Of a stretch of DNA of 10,907 nucleotides, positions 1 through 6,958 are shown piece by piece. A program made the translations under genes and the position numbers. Source of the DNA: Candidatus Helarchaeota archaeon (lineage in GTDB: Archaea; Asgardarchaeota; Lokiarchaeia; Helarchaeales; RDOG01). The notes under the pieces were generated by a model, which worked only from the letters and a program-made list of their open reading frames with translations, did not search any database and was not told where the DNA came from. Each line of letters begins with the position of its first letter. Position 1 is the stretch's first letter. Location: positions 1 to 10,907 of the forward strand of contig JALGVI010000107.1 in assembly GCA_029838215.1 (NCBI GenBank), read 5' to 3'.

Positions 1-2
1 GC

Positions 3-491
3 GGTAAAACTTCCATAATCTTAAGTTCACGTCGGGGTACGAATTTATTTTCCTATTTTTCACTGAAACCAACAAAAGGCATTAGAATTACCGATCTTGA
101 AGATGAAGAAAATGTCTTTGCGATTTGGGATTTCGGTGGACAAGAACAATATCGTGATGATTATTTGGAGAAAATTAACGATTATTTTGATGATGTTGAT
201 AAGCTTATTTACGTAATTGATATTCAAGACACGGAGCGGTATGGAAAAGCATTAGAATATTTAAAAAATATCATTCAATTGGCACCCGAGACCTTAAAGA
301 ATGTAGAATTTTCTATTTACTTGCATAAATTTGATCCAGGTTTAGAGGGTAACGAAAAATTTTCAAATGAAGCTATTAGAAAGCAGATCATTGATAAAAT
401 CATTGAAATTGTTCCAAAAACTTATTCATTTCGAATTTTTAGAACAACCATTTATCACACATTTCAAAGAAATTTGTTTTATCACCAATAA
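3..491 (+). CDS. Rag/Gtr1-like small GTPase, 5'-truncated by the window edge
   Basis: The frame of the 165..491 ORF is open back to position 3: GKTSII (G1), KPTKG (G2), WDFGGQ (G3), YVID, HKFD (G4; HKxD is the Rag-family form) and TTIY (G5). The TTG at 165 is internal, not the start. Confidence 0.88.
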   Translation, partial: GKTSIILSSRRGTNLFSYFSLKPTKGIRITDLEDEENVFAIWDFGGQEQYRDDYLEKINDYFDDVDKLIYVIDIQDTERYGKALEYLKNIIQLAPETLKNVEFSIYLHKFDPGLEGNEKFSNEAIRKQIIDKIIEIVPKTYSFRIFRTTIYHTFQRNLFYHQ

Positions 492-514
492 AATCCAAGT
501 ACAAAGGGAAATCA

Positions 515-958
515 ATGAAAGGCGTAAAAGCGGTTCTCATCTTGAAAAAAGATGGTGGGGTGCTGTTTAGTTACGAGATTTTTAATCAAGTATACGAACA
601 AGATGATGCTCGTCTTTTTTCGGGTTTCATTTCAGCAGTTCACTCATTCAGCCGCGAAATCGGTGAAAAGGGTATTGAATTTCTTGAACTCGGTCACTCC
701 ATGGTCTTCATATCCTTTTTTTCTAAGCTTGATCTTTTTTTCATCGTGATCAGTGATTTAAAGGCAAGTAAAAAGCAAATGATTGAGTTTCTAAATCTTA
801 TCAAGAAAAGGTTTGTCGAGAGATTTGGGAAAAAAATAGGCATTATAAGTAATGTGAATGAATTGGAAATGGCCGATTTCAAGGAGGATATTGAAAATGT
901 GTTAGAAATAGATTTGGCAAAACGGATCGAAGCAAACCTCGAAGCCTTATATTTCTAA
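515..958 (+). CDS. Stand-alone longin/roadblock-like domain protein
   Basis: 147 aa. The pattern VLILKKDGGVLFS...LFSGFISAVHSFSREI...FFIVISD...LNLIKKRFVERF fits the longin beta-beta-alpha-beta-beta-beta-alpha-alpha layout. Starts 23 bp after the GTPase stop on the same strand. Confidence 0.7.
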   Translation: MKGVKAVLILKKDGGVLFSYEIFNQVYEQDDARLFSGFISAVHSFSREIGEKGIEFLELGHSMVFISFFSKLDLFFIVISDLKASKKQMIEFLNLIKKRFVERFGKKIGIISNVNELEMADFKEDIENVLEIDLAKRIEANLEALYF

Positions 959-1533
959 GCATGGCGCTCTTCCTTCCAAGGATCTGCCGTATTGCTGTAT
1001 CCCTGTTCTTCCCAAAAGCCAAGCTCATCTTCTTCCTTAAAAATTAACTTTCTTACCCATTTGGCCGATTTATAGAAATATTTTTTTGGCACGAGCCCCC
1101 GAACAGGACCACCGTGCTTGATTTCTAATTCATTCCCATCATGTTTGAATGCAAGCATTGCATCTTCACTTAGAAGGGCTTCAATCGGTAGGCTCGTGGT
1201 GAAACGACCGCCTAGGTCCTCGCATTGAAAAATCACGAACTTCGCTTTTTTTGTTGGTTTAATGATTTCAAATAAAACCGTGAAAGGCACGCCTTCCCAG
1301 ACCGTGTCATACAAACTCCAGCTTGTCACGCAATGAATATCTACTCGAATCTGCTTTGTTGGGAGCCTATTGAACTCTTCATAGGTGAAAATTCTCGGAT
1401 TCTCAACTTCCCCTGAAATTTCTAACGTCCAATTTTCTTTAGATAAATTCGAGGGAATGCCGCCTGCTTGCAGTACTGGAAATCTGTTTATTTTTCTTTG
1501 ACCCGGTGGTAATCGCTTGCTCAAAATCGACAC
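955..1533 (-). CDS. Sulfite oxidase-like molybdopterin-dependent oxidoreductase (YuiH/MsrP-related)
   Basis: RLPPGQ N-terminus, DIHCVTSWS with the Mo-ligand Cys, WEGV, HGGPVRGLVPKKYFYKSAKW and GFWEEQGY. GTG start; the stop overlaps the longin stop convergently. Confidence 0.92.
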   Translation of the reverse strand: MSILSKRLPPGQRKINRFPVLQAGGIPSNLSKENWTLEISGEVENPRIFTYEEFNRLPTKQIRVDIHCVTSWSLYDTVWEGVPFTVLFEIIKPTKKAKFVIFQCEDLGGRFTTSLPIEALLSEDAMLAFKHDGNELEIKHGGPVRGLVPKKYFYKSAKWVRKLIFKEEDELGFWEEQGYSNTADPWKEERHA

Positions 1534-1639
1534 CTAGATATAAATTCATCATGATTTAAAATTAGAAGTAAACTAATCGGATATAAATTAATTTTACGAA
1601 AAAATGACTTTGAATTAATCAAATCATGAGTTGATATCC

Positions 1640-1708
1640 ATGACAGAATATGATTTAATTGTATTTGGTGGTGGCACGTCCGGCTTACTGATGATTAACC
1701 TGCTGTAA
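1640..1708 (+). pseudogene. N-terminal remnant of an FAD/NAD-binding (Rossmann) oxidoreductase
   Basis: ATG at 1640 reads MTEYDLIVFGGGTSGLLMINLL-stop, a typical YDxIVxGGGxxG dinucleotide-binding start preceded by SD-like GAGTTGAT. It stops after 22 codons. Confidence 0.55.
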
Positions 1709-2090
1709 TGCAAGCTGCTCTGATATCAACAAGTTCTGGAGAAATCGTGTAGTAAGGCAGGTCTTCAAGGAACACCTTTGCCCTACCTTTCCAAGAATGC
1801 ACTTTTTTGAATAACTCCCAGTGCTGTTTTCTATATAGGATGGGTAAATCTTCGCTTGGTTTTTATAAAATTGTGGAAGAGCAAGGATTCGCATTCTTAT
1901 CATAAAATTTAAGAATGAAAATGTCTTGAATTGATTACAATTGAGATCTGCATGATATTATTAAAGGAATTGATAAGATGAGAAGAAGGGACTGCGAAAT
2001 TAGTTCCCGGCCGTAATTGTTTTTTCACTACAGTAGTAGTGGATGTCAGGAGTTCGTGCAGATTTAAGCCAAGAAGGAGCGTTTTTTTTA

Positions 2091-5072
2091 ATGTCAAAGA
2101 TAAGTGAAATGCCGAAACACGTGAAAATCCAAGATATCGAAACCGAAATGTTGAAATTCTGGGACGATAACAAGGTCTTTCAAGAGATATGGAAGCGGGC
2201 TGAGAAGAAAAAATATCCTGATTGGAAATTCATCGATGGTCCTCCATACACGACAGGGAGCATACATCTCGGCACGGCTTGGAATAAGGTACTGAAAGAT
2301 TTTGTCATTCGCTACAAAGCAATGAACGGGATGCACGTGCGCATAAATCCCGGGTATGACATGCACGGATTGCCCATTGAAGTGATAGTGGAGAAGAAGC
2401 TCAATATCAAGAACAAGAAAGAAATTGAAGCCGACATCATGAAATTCACGGGAGAATGCAAGAAATTCGCATTAGATAATTTATGGATAATGAATGAGTC
2501 ATTCAAGCGCTTGGGTTGTTTTTATGATTGGGATAACCCTTACATGACGATTCATAACAAGTATATTGAAGGCATTTGGTGGGCTCTGAAAAAAGCATGG
2601 AAAAACGGCTATCTTTACAAGGGCGTTCGGCCGCTAAACACTTGTCCGAGATGTGAGACTGCTTTGGCAAAGCACGAATTCGAATATTATGAAGTTGAAG
2701 ATTATGCACTATTCGTGAAATTGAAGGTCAAAGGAAAGAAGAATGAATATCTCACGATTTTTACGACGACACCTTGGACGTTACCTGCCAATTTAGCTGT
2801 TATGGTCAATCCGGAATATGAATACATACGTGCAAAAGTCGAAAATGAAGTTTGGATAATGTCAAAAAATCTTGCCACTTCCGTGATCGGTGGACTTCTC
2901 GGAAAAGACTTTAAAGTCATCGAGGAGTTTTACGGCGAGAAGCTTGAAGGAACGAAATATACACCACCTTTGGCAAAACAGGTACCAAAGAACATGGAAT
3001 TTGAAAAGGAGTCTGAGAATACGCATACAGTGATTCTCAGCGAAGAATATGTCACTTTAGATAAAGGTGGAACCGGTCTTGTTCACGCGGCTCCAGGACA
3101 CGGACAAGAAGATTTCGTTGCTTGTGGTCCTCAGTCGAAGTATGCAATCCCTGCATTTTGTCCTGTAAATGAAAAAGGTGTTTTCACCGAAGATGGTGGG
3201 AAATATGCGGGTCTGTATATAAAAGATGCTGACCCTGTCATCATTGAAGACCTGAAGAAAAATGGAATTCTATTGTCTGATGAGAGATTGAAGCACGAGT
3301 ATGCTCACTGTTGGCGTTGCAAGAGTCCTCTCATATATCGAACCATCCCACAATGGTTCTTCAAAATGAGCGCATTAAATGACCTGATGGTTGAAGAAAA
3401 TAAAAAAATATTTTGGCAACCAGAATTTGCAGGTCGATGGTTTGAGAACTGGATCAAGAACTTATGGGATTGGTGTATTAGCCGTCAGCGGTATTGGGGA
3501 ACTCCTTTATCCATTTGGGAGTGTGATAAGTGCGACGACATTGAAGTCATAGGTTCAACAAAAGAACTCGAAGATAAAGGATTAAATGTCCCGGAAGATT
3601 TACATAGACCGCATATTGATGGCGTGACATGGAAATGCAAGTGTGGAGGAACGAAGAAAAGAATCCCTGACGTGCTTGATGTCTGGTTAGATTCTGGAAG
3701 TGGTGAATGGTCTGTCTATCCATCGGTAGGACGAGAAGAAAATTATGACAATTGGCGTATTGGCGATTTTATCTTGGAAGGAAAGGATCAAATTCGGGGC
3801 TGGTTTAATACATTGACGAGTTCAAGCATTGTCGCAACCGAGCACCGCGCGTTTAATGCGTGCTACATGCATGGATTCGTGATGGATGAACAAGGACGAC
3901 CGATGAGCAAGTCTTTAGGAAACGTCACGGCACCAGAAGAAATTATCGAGGAACATGGCTCTGAAAGTTTTCGCATGTACAGCGTTAAATCTACGGCACC
4001 CGGGGAAGATTTGAAAATCGTGCGATCAGAAATTCGTGATCAACATCGAGCACTTGACATTCTTTATAATACGTTCGTATTCGCCAGCACGTTCATGGCT
4101 CTTGACGACTTTGATCCCACGAAGATTAGTTTGAAGAAGTTGGACTTGGAAGTCATAGACAAGTGGATCCTGAGTCGCCTGAATTCGCTTACCAAAAATC
4201 TCACGGGAGCATTTGAAGTTTATAACTTACCCAAAATTCCAAAATTCACGCAGAAATTTTTCATTGATGATTTGAGTCGCTGGTATATCCGAATCATCCG
4301 ACCTCGAATTGGCAAATCTGCCAAAAAAGAAGTAAGACATGCTGCATTACGCGTGCTTTTTGAAGTCCTGTCTCGATTGACGACTCTCCTTGCTCCGCAA
4401 GTGCCTTTTCTTGCTGAGAGGTTCTATCAAGGACTCGTTCGACCTTTCTATCCAAAACTTCCAAAGAGCGTGCACATGCTCGAATGGCCAAAAGTGGAAG
4501 ATTCAAGGATCGATCCCGAACTGGAAGGTGCAATGGAACAAGTCCAAAGAATTGTAGAAGTACTTCTTTCAATTCGCCAAGAACAAGGGATCAAGACGAG
4601 GTATCCCTGTCTGAGAGCCGTTATCAAACCAAAGAAAGACGCTCCAAAAATAGAACATCTAAACGCTGTTATTGAGAATCAAGCAAACGTGAAAAAAGTT
4701 GAAATCTCCAAGAAAAAAATAGCAAAAGACATGCCCTTCAAGGAAACTGCATTCTTTGATATAGCCCTTGACACAACTGTTACTGAAGAACTTAAAGCCG
4801 AACGGTTAAGTCGGGAACTCACGCGGAGCATTCAACAAGCTCGAAAGAAAAACAAGTTTCAGATCAAGGAACAAATCGAAATAGTCGTTACTTGTAGCGA
4901 TGCCAATACTTTGGAAACACTAAAGACATTTGAAACGACGGTAGGTCCCATCATCGGGGCAACTAAGATGGAATTCATGGCGAAAAAACCGAAACGAGTT
5001 GATAAATCATTCTTTCAAGGAAAAGTAAAGTATGATGAAGTGCTCGTTGAATTCTACTTCAAGAGAGCCTAA
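2091..5072 (+). CDS. ileS: Isoleucine--tRNA ligase, archaeal/eukaryote-like type
   Basis: DGPPYTTGSIHLGTAWNK (HIGH equivalent), GYDMHGLPIE, editing-domain TTTPWTLP and GGTGLVHAAPGHG, WCISRQRYWG, EGKDQIRGWF, PMSKSLGN (KMSKS equivalent), Zn knuckles and the C-terminal RELTRSIQQARK extension. ATG 2091 (SD-like GGAG at 2076-2079) is preferred over 2043. Confidence 0.98.
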   Translation: MSKISEMPKHVKIQDIETEMLKFWDDNKVFQEIWKRAEKKKYPDWKFIDGPPYTTGSIHLGTAWNKVLKDFVIRYKAMNGMHVRINPGYDMHGLPIEVIVEKKLNIKNKKEIEADIMKFTGECKKFALDNLWIMNESFKRLGCFYDWDNPYMTIHNKYIEGIWWALKKAWKNGYLYKGVRPLNTCPRCETALAKHEFEYYEVEDYALFVKLKVKGKKNEYLTIFTTTPWTLPANLAVMVNPEYEYIRAKVENEVWIMSKNLATSVIGGLLGKDFKVIEEFYGEKLEGTKYTPPLAKQVPKNMEFEKESENTHTVILSEEYVTLDKGGTGLVHAAPGHGQEDFVACGPQSKYAIPAFCPVNEKGVFTEDGGKYAGLYIKDADPVIIEDLKKNGILLSDERLKHEYAHCWRCKSPLIYRTIPQWFFKMSALNDLMVEENKKIFWQPEFAGRWFENWIKNLWDWCISRQRYWGTPLSIWECDKCDDIEVIGSTKELEDKGLNVPEDLHRPHIDGVTWKCKCGGTKKRIPDVLDVWLDSGSGEWSVYPSVGREENYDNWRIGDFILEGKDQIRGWFNTLTSSSIVATEHRAFNACYMHGFVMDEQGRPMSKSLGNVTAPEEIIEEHGSESFRMYSVKSTAPGEDLKIVRSEIRDQHRALDILYNTFVFASTFMALDDFDPTKISLKKLDLEVIDKWILSRLNSLTKNLTGAFEVYNLPKIPKFTQKFFIDDLSRWYIRIIRPRIGKSAKKEVRHAALRVLFEVLSRLTTLLAPQVPFLAERFYQGLVRPFYPKLPKSVHMLEWPKVEDSRIDPELEGAMEQVQRIVEVLLSIRQEQGIKTRYPCLRAVIKPKKDAPKIEHLNAVIENQANVKKVEISKKKIAKDMPFKETAFFDIALDTTVTEELKAERLSRELTRSIQQARKKNKFQIKEQIEIVVTCSDANTLETLKTFETTVGPIIGATKMEFMAKKPKRVDKSFFQGKVKYDEVLVEFYFKRA

Positions 5073-5074
5073 TA

Positions 5075-5088
5075 CAAAAATTTATAAT
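5075..5088 (+). promoter_or_regulatory. Candidate BRE + TATA box for the tRNA gene
   Basis: CAAAAA followed by TTTATAAT. This would start transcription near 5110, about 25 nt before the mature tRNA 5' end. Confidence 0.5.
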
Positions 5089-5096
5089 CTCGCTCA

Positions 5097-5104
5097 TTTT
5101 TTTT
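5097..5104 (+). terminator. Candidate oligo-T terminator of ileS
   Basis: T8 run 25 bp after the ileS stop. Archaeal intrinsic termination uses U-tracts. Confidence 0.45.
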
Positions 5105-5156
5105 ATGTACGAAAAGAAGATTCGTGATAAACCGAGCTCCCGTAGCTCAGCCGGAT

Positions 5157-5175
5157 TGAGCTGAGTCTCCTGGAA
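5157..5175 (+). other. tRNA intron 1 (19 nt, D-loop, position 20a/21)
   Basis: Central helix CCGG 5151-5154 / CTGG 5170-5173, bulge AT|T, inner stem GAG/CTC, and 3' AA|A facing AG (bulge-helix-loop form). Splicing gives the normal D-loop AGCCGGAUA. Confidence 0.8.
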
Positions 5176-5192
5176 AGAGCGCTGGCCTTATA

Positions 5193-5254
5193 GGAGTGCA
5201 ATGGAGCAAGCACGTCCTGCATCTTGACCATGCTCTTTACATTCACTTGAAGAA
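5193..5254 (+). other. tRNA intron 2 (62 nt, canonical 37/38)
   Basis: Central helix CTTA 5187-5190 / GAAG 5249-5252 (3 pairs plus an A.G mismatch), bulges TA|G and AA|A, inner stem GAGTG 5194-5198 / CACTT 5244-5248. Confidence 0.85.
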
Positions 5255-5276
5255 AGCCAGAGGTCGCGGGTTCGAG

Positions 5277-5307
5277 CGATTTGGAGTAAGCACTCCAAAA
5301 ACGGAAC
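5277..5307 (+). other. tRNA intron 3 (31 nt, T-loop, position 59/60)
   Basis: Central helix TTCG 5271-5274 / CGGA 5302-5305, bulges AG|C and AC|A, and an 8-bp inner hairpin TTTGGAGT 5280-5287 / ACTCCAAA 5292-5299. Confidence 0.82.
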
Positions 5308-5403
5308 ACCCGCCGGGAGCACCTCTTTATCACTTGCTCGAATTCATTCTAATTAATGCGAAAAAATCCGTTCACGTATTTTTTATGATTCAAGAAAAAG
5401 GAT

Positions 5404-6171
5404 TTATTTAAACCAAGGAATTTCTTTTTGAATTAAAGACCGAGCCTCTTTCTCTGATTTTGCTGCAAATTTTTTATACTTGACGTGTGTCTCCAGTATT
5501 TTTTGTAGTGCTTTTCGAACCAATTCCTTGTTTTTCCATGTTTTTAAATCAGAAACGACCGTCTCTAGACATTTTTTTTTATATGAAATTTGACTCAATA
5601 CGTGAAGTAAGATGTCTTGAACCTTCTTATTTTTATCGTGCTGGACTGCTTTCAATAGAGGTAAGATATCCTCAGGATGGCTACGTCCTCGTAGTTCCAT
5701 TCCGTGTATTATTTGATGTCGTATTCTCGGATTAGGGTCTTGATAAAATCTTCGTGCAAATGCTAACATCGCTCGTGGATTTTTTTCTCCCATCTGCTTT
5801 AATGCTCCGATCACCGCATTCTTGACTAACTTATGTTCATCCTCAAGAGCACGTTCGAGCATTTCCACTATGCTCCTTGCATCGGTCTTGCCTATTTCTC
5901 CAAGAGCGTGCACGGCGGTCTGCCGGACTCTAGGATTGCTCATATCAAGCATTATTTTTAGAAATCCGATAATGCGCTTTCTAAATTCAGGATTATCTCT
6001 ATAAGCCCGTCCCAAAATTGTATAAGCATTCTTTCTTATGTAGGTATCCTCATCGCTTGCATAATCCAAAATATTGTCGAGAATTTTTTCTGATAGATCG
6101 TTTTTGATGACAAATTCCATTCCCTTGACAATTTCGTCCCGTTCTTCCTTCGGAAGGTCGTAAAATCCCAT
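5404..6171 (-). CDS. HEAT-repeat protein (DNA alkylation repair/AlkD-like or HEAT_2 type)
   Basis: Repeated HEAT-like units: DEDTYIRKNA, NPRVRQTAVHALGEIG, EHKLVKNAVIGALKQMG, PNPRIRHQI. ATG 6171 (MGFYDL) is preferred over TTG 6180. The specific function cannot be assigned. Confidence 0.8.
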   Translation of the reverse strand: MGFYDLPKEERDEIVKGMEFVIKNDLSEKILDNILDYASDEDTYIRKNAYTILGRAYRDNPEFRKRIIGFLKIMLDMSNPRVRQTAVHALGEIGKTDARSIVEMLERALEDEHKLVKNAVIGALKQMGEKNPRAMLAFARRFYQDPNPRIRHQIIHGMELRGRSHPEDILPLLKAVQHDKNKKVQDILLHVLSQISYKKKCLETVVSDLKTWKNKELVRKALQKILETHVKYKKFAAKSEKEARSLIQKEIPWFK

Positions 6172-6268
6172 GATGAACAATCCTACTGATTTTTGGACTT
6201 GTACATAACTTGACCAAATTCTTTTTTATGGTTTTTATTAAGTAAAATATTATGAGGAGTTTATAGAT

Positions 6269-6958
6269 ATGGTCGTTTTTGTCTTTCAATTGTTTCGAGA
6301 ACTAGCAATTGGTTTTACGTTTGGCTTGATTTTCATTAATTTTGCGTTTGCCGTGACTTTTTACATGTTATATGTTACAAAAGGAAAGGAAAACAGATTA
6401 TTTCAAGGGGTTTCATTATTCTTTTTCTTTGTCGGAATTTCACGAATTTTTTACATGATTTTCGACTTTTATCAAACTGAATTTAATCCTGCTCTCTTCC
6501 AATTTTACTCTCCAACATGGAAGATTGCAACGGCTTTCATCATTATTGGTTTTGGGTTCTTTTTCTTTATTGCTGACCATAATTTTTTCAATGGAAAGGA
6601 CAAATATGCATTTACCATTGCCTATATCGTCTTTGGAATCACTACTCTGTCAATACCTGATTTCTTTCTTTCAGAGCTCCTCTCATCATCTTGCATTTTT
6701 ATTACAGTCCTTTTTATTCCTGGAAGTTATTTATACATGGCATGGCATACGTCTAATGATCTTAGACGGAAATCTTTAACCGTTTTCTTTAGTTTTCTTA
6801 TCTATGGAGCAGGTTTGGTGATTTTAGGAGAGGTAGTCATAAATTTTATTTCACTCTTCAGCATTCTTGACGACACGATTCTCCGGTATTGTATTCACGT
6901 CATTTCTGCCATCATTAAAATCGCAGGTGCCTCACTCATGCTATATGGATTTAGTTAA
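6269..6958 (+). CDS. Uncharacterised polytopic membrane protein, about 7 TM helices
   Basis: 229 aa with seven hydrophobic stretches (about 12-35, 44-65, 83-101, 113-129, 133-158, 169-190, 205-228). SD-like GAGGAG at 6254-6259. Confidence 0.8.
   Translation: MVVFVFQLFRELAIGFTFGLIFINFAFAVTFYMLYVTKGKENRLFQGVSLFFFFVGISRIFYMIFDFYQTEFNPALFQFYSPTWKIATAFIIIGFGFFFFIADHNFFNGKDKYAFTIAYIVFGITTLSIPDFFLSELLSSSCIFITVLFIPGSYLYMAWHTSNDLRRKSLTVFFSFLIYGAGLVILGEVVINFISLFSILDDTILRYCIHVISAIIKIAGASLMLYGFS

Larger units (their letters stand above)
5136..5321 (+). tRNA. tRNA-Ile(UAU) with three introns; mature length 74 nt before CCA
   Basis: Acceptor GCTCCCG 5136-5142 / CGGGAGC 5314-5320, discriminator A5321. D-stem GCTC/GAGC. 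Anticodon stem CTGGC 5182-5186 / GCCAG 5256-5260, loop CT-TAT-A|A. Variable loop AGGTC. T-stem GCGGG/CCCGC with TTCGA. Exons: 5136-5156, 5176-5192, 5255-5276, 5308-5321. Confidence 0.92.

Noticed and set aside
1960-2090. T-box riboswitch upstream of ileS
   Set aside because: No GGTGGNACC T-box sequence or Stem I motifs are visible, and T-boxes are bacterial.
3898-3915. PMSKS in place of KMSKS, and HLGT in place of HIGH, in IleRS
   Set aside because: Variation at these positions is common in archaeal IleRS and the catalytic second Lys is kept. It is not evidence of an inactive or resistant enzyme.
2094-4675. Short alternative-frame and antisense ORFs inside ileS (and similar ones inside other genes)
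   Set aside because: They are fully nested in well-supported genes and carry no motifs of their own.
5193-5254. Box C/D guide RNA or nested intron inside the 62-nt intron
   Set aside because: There is no RUGAUGA box C and only TTGA rather than CTGA. The internal stems (AATG/CATT, GAGCA/TGCTC) give 4- and 5-nt bulges, not BHB geometry.
5103-5411. ORFs 5103..5333 (-) and 5196..5411 (+)
   Set aside because: They overlap the tRNA and its introns and have no recognisable protein motifs. They are best explained as chance frames in GC-richer RNA sequence.
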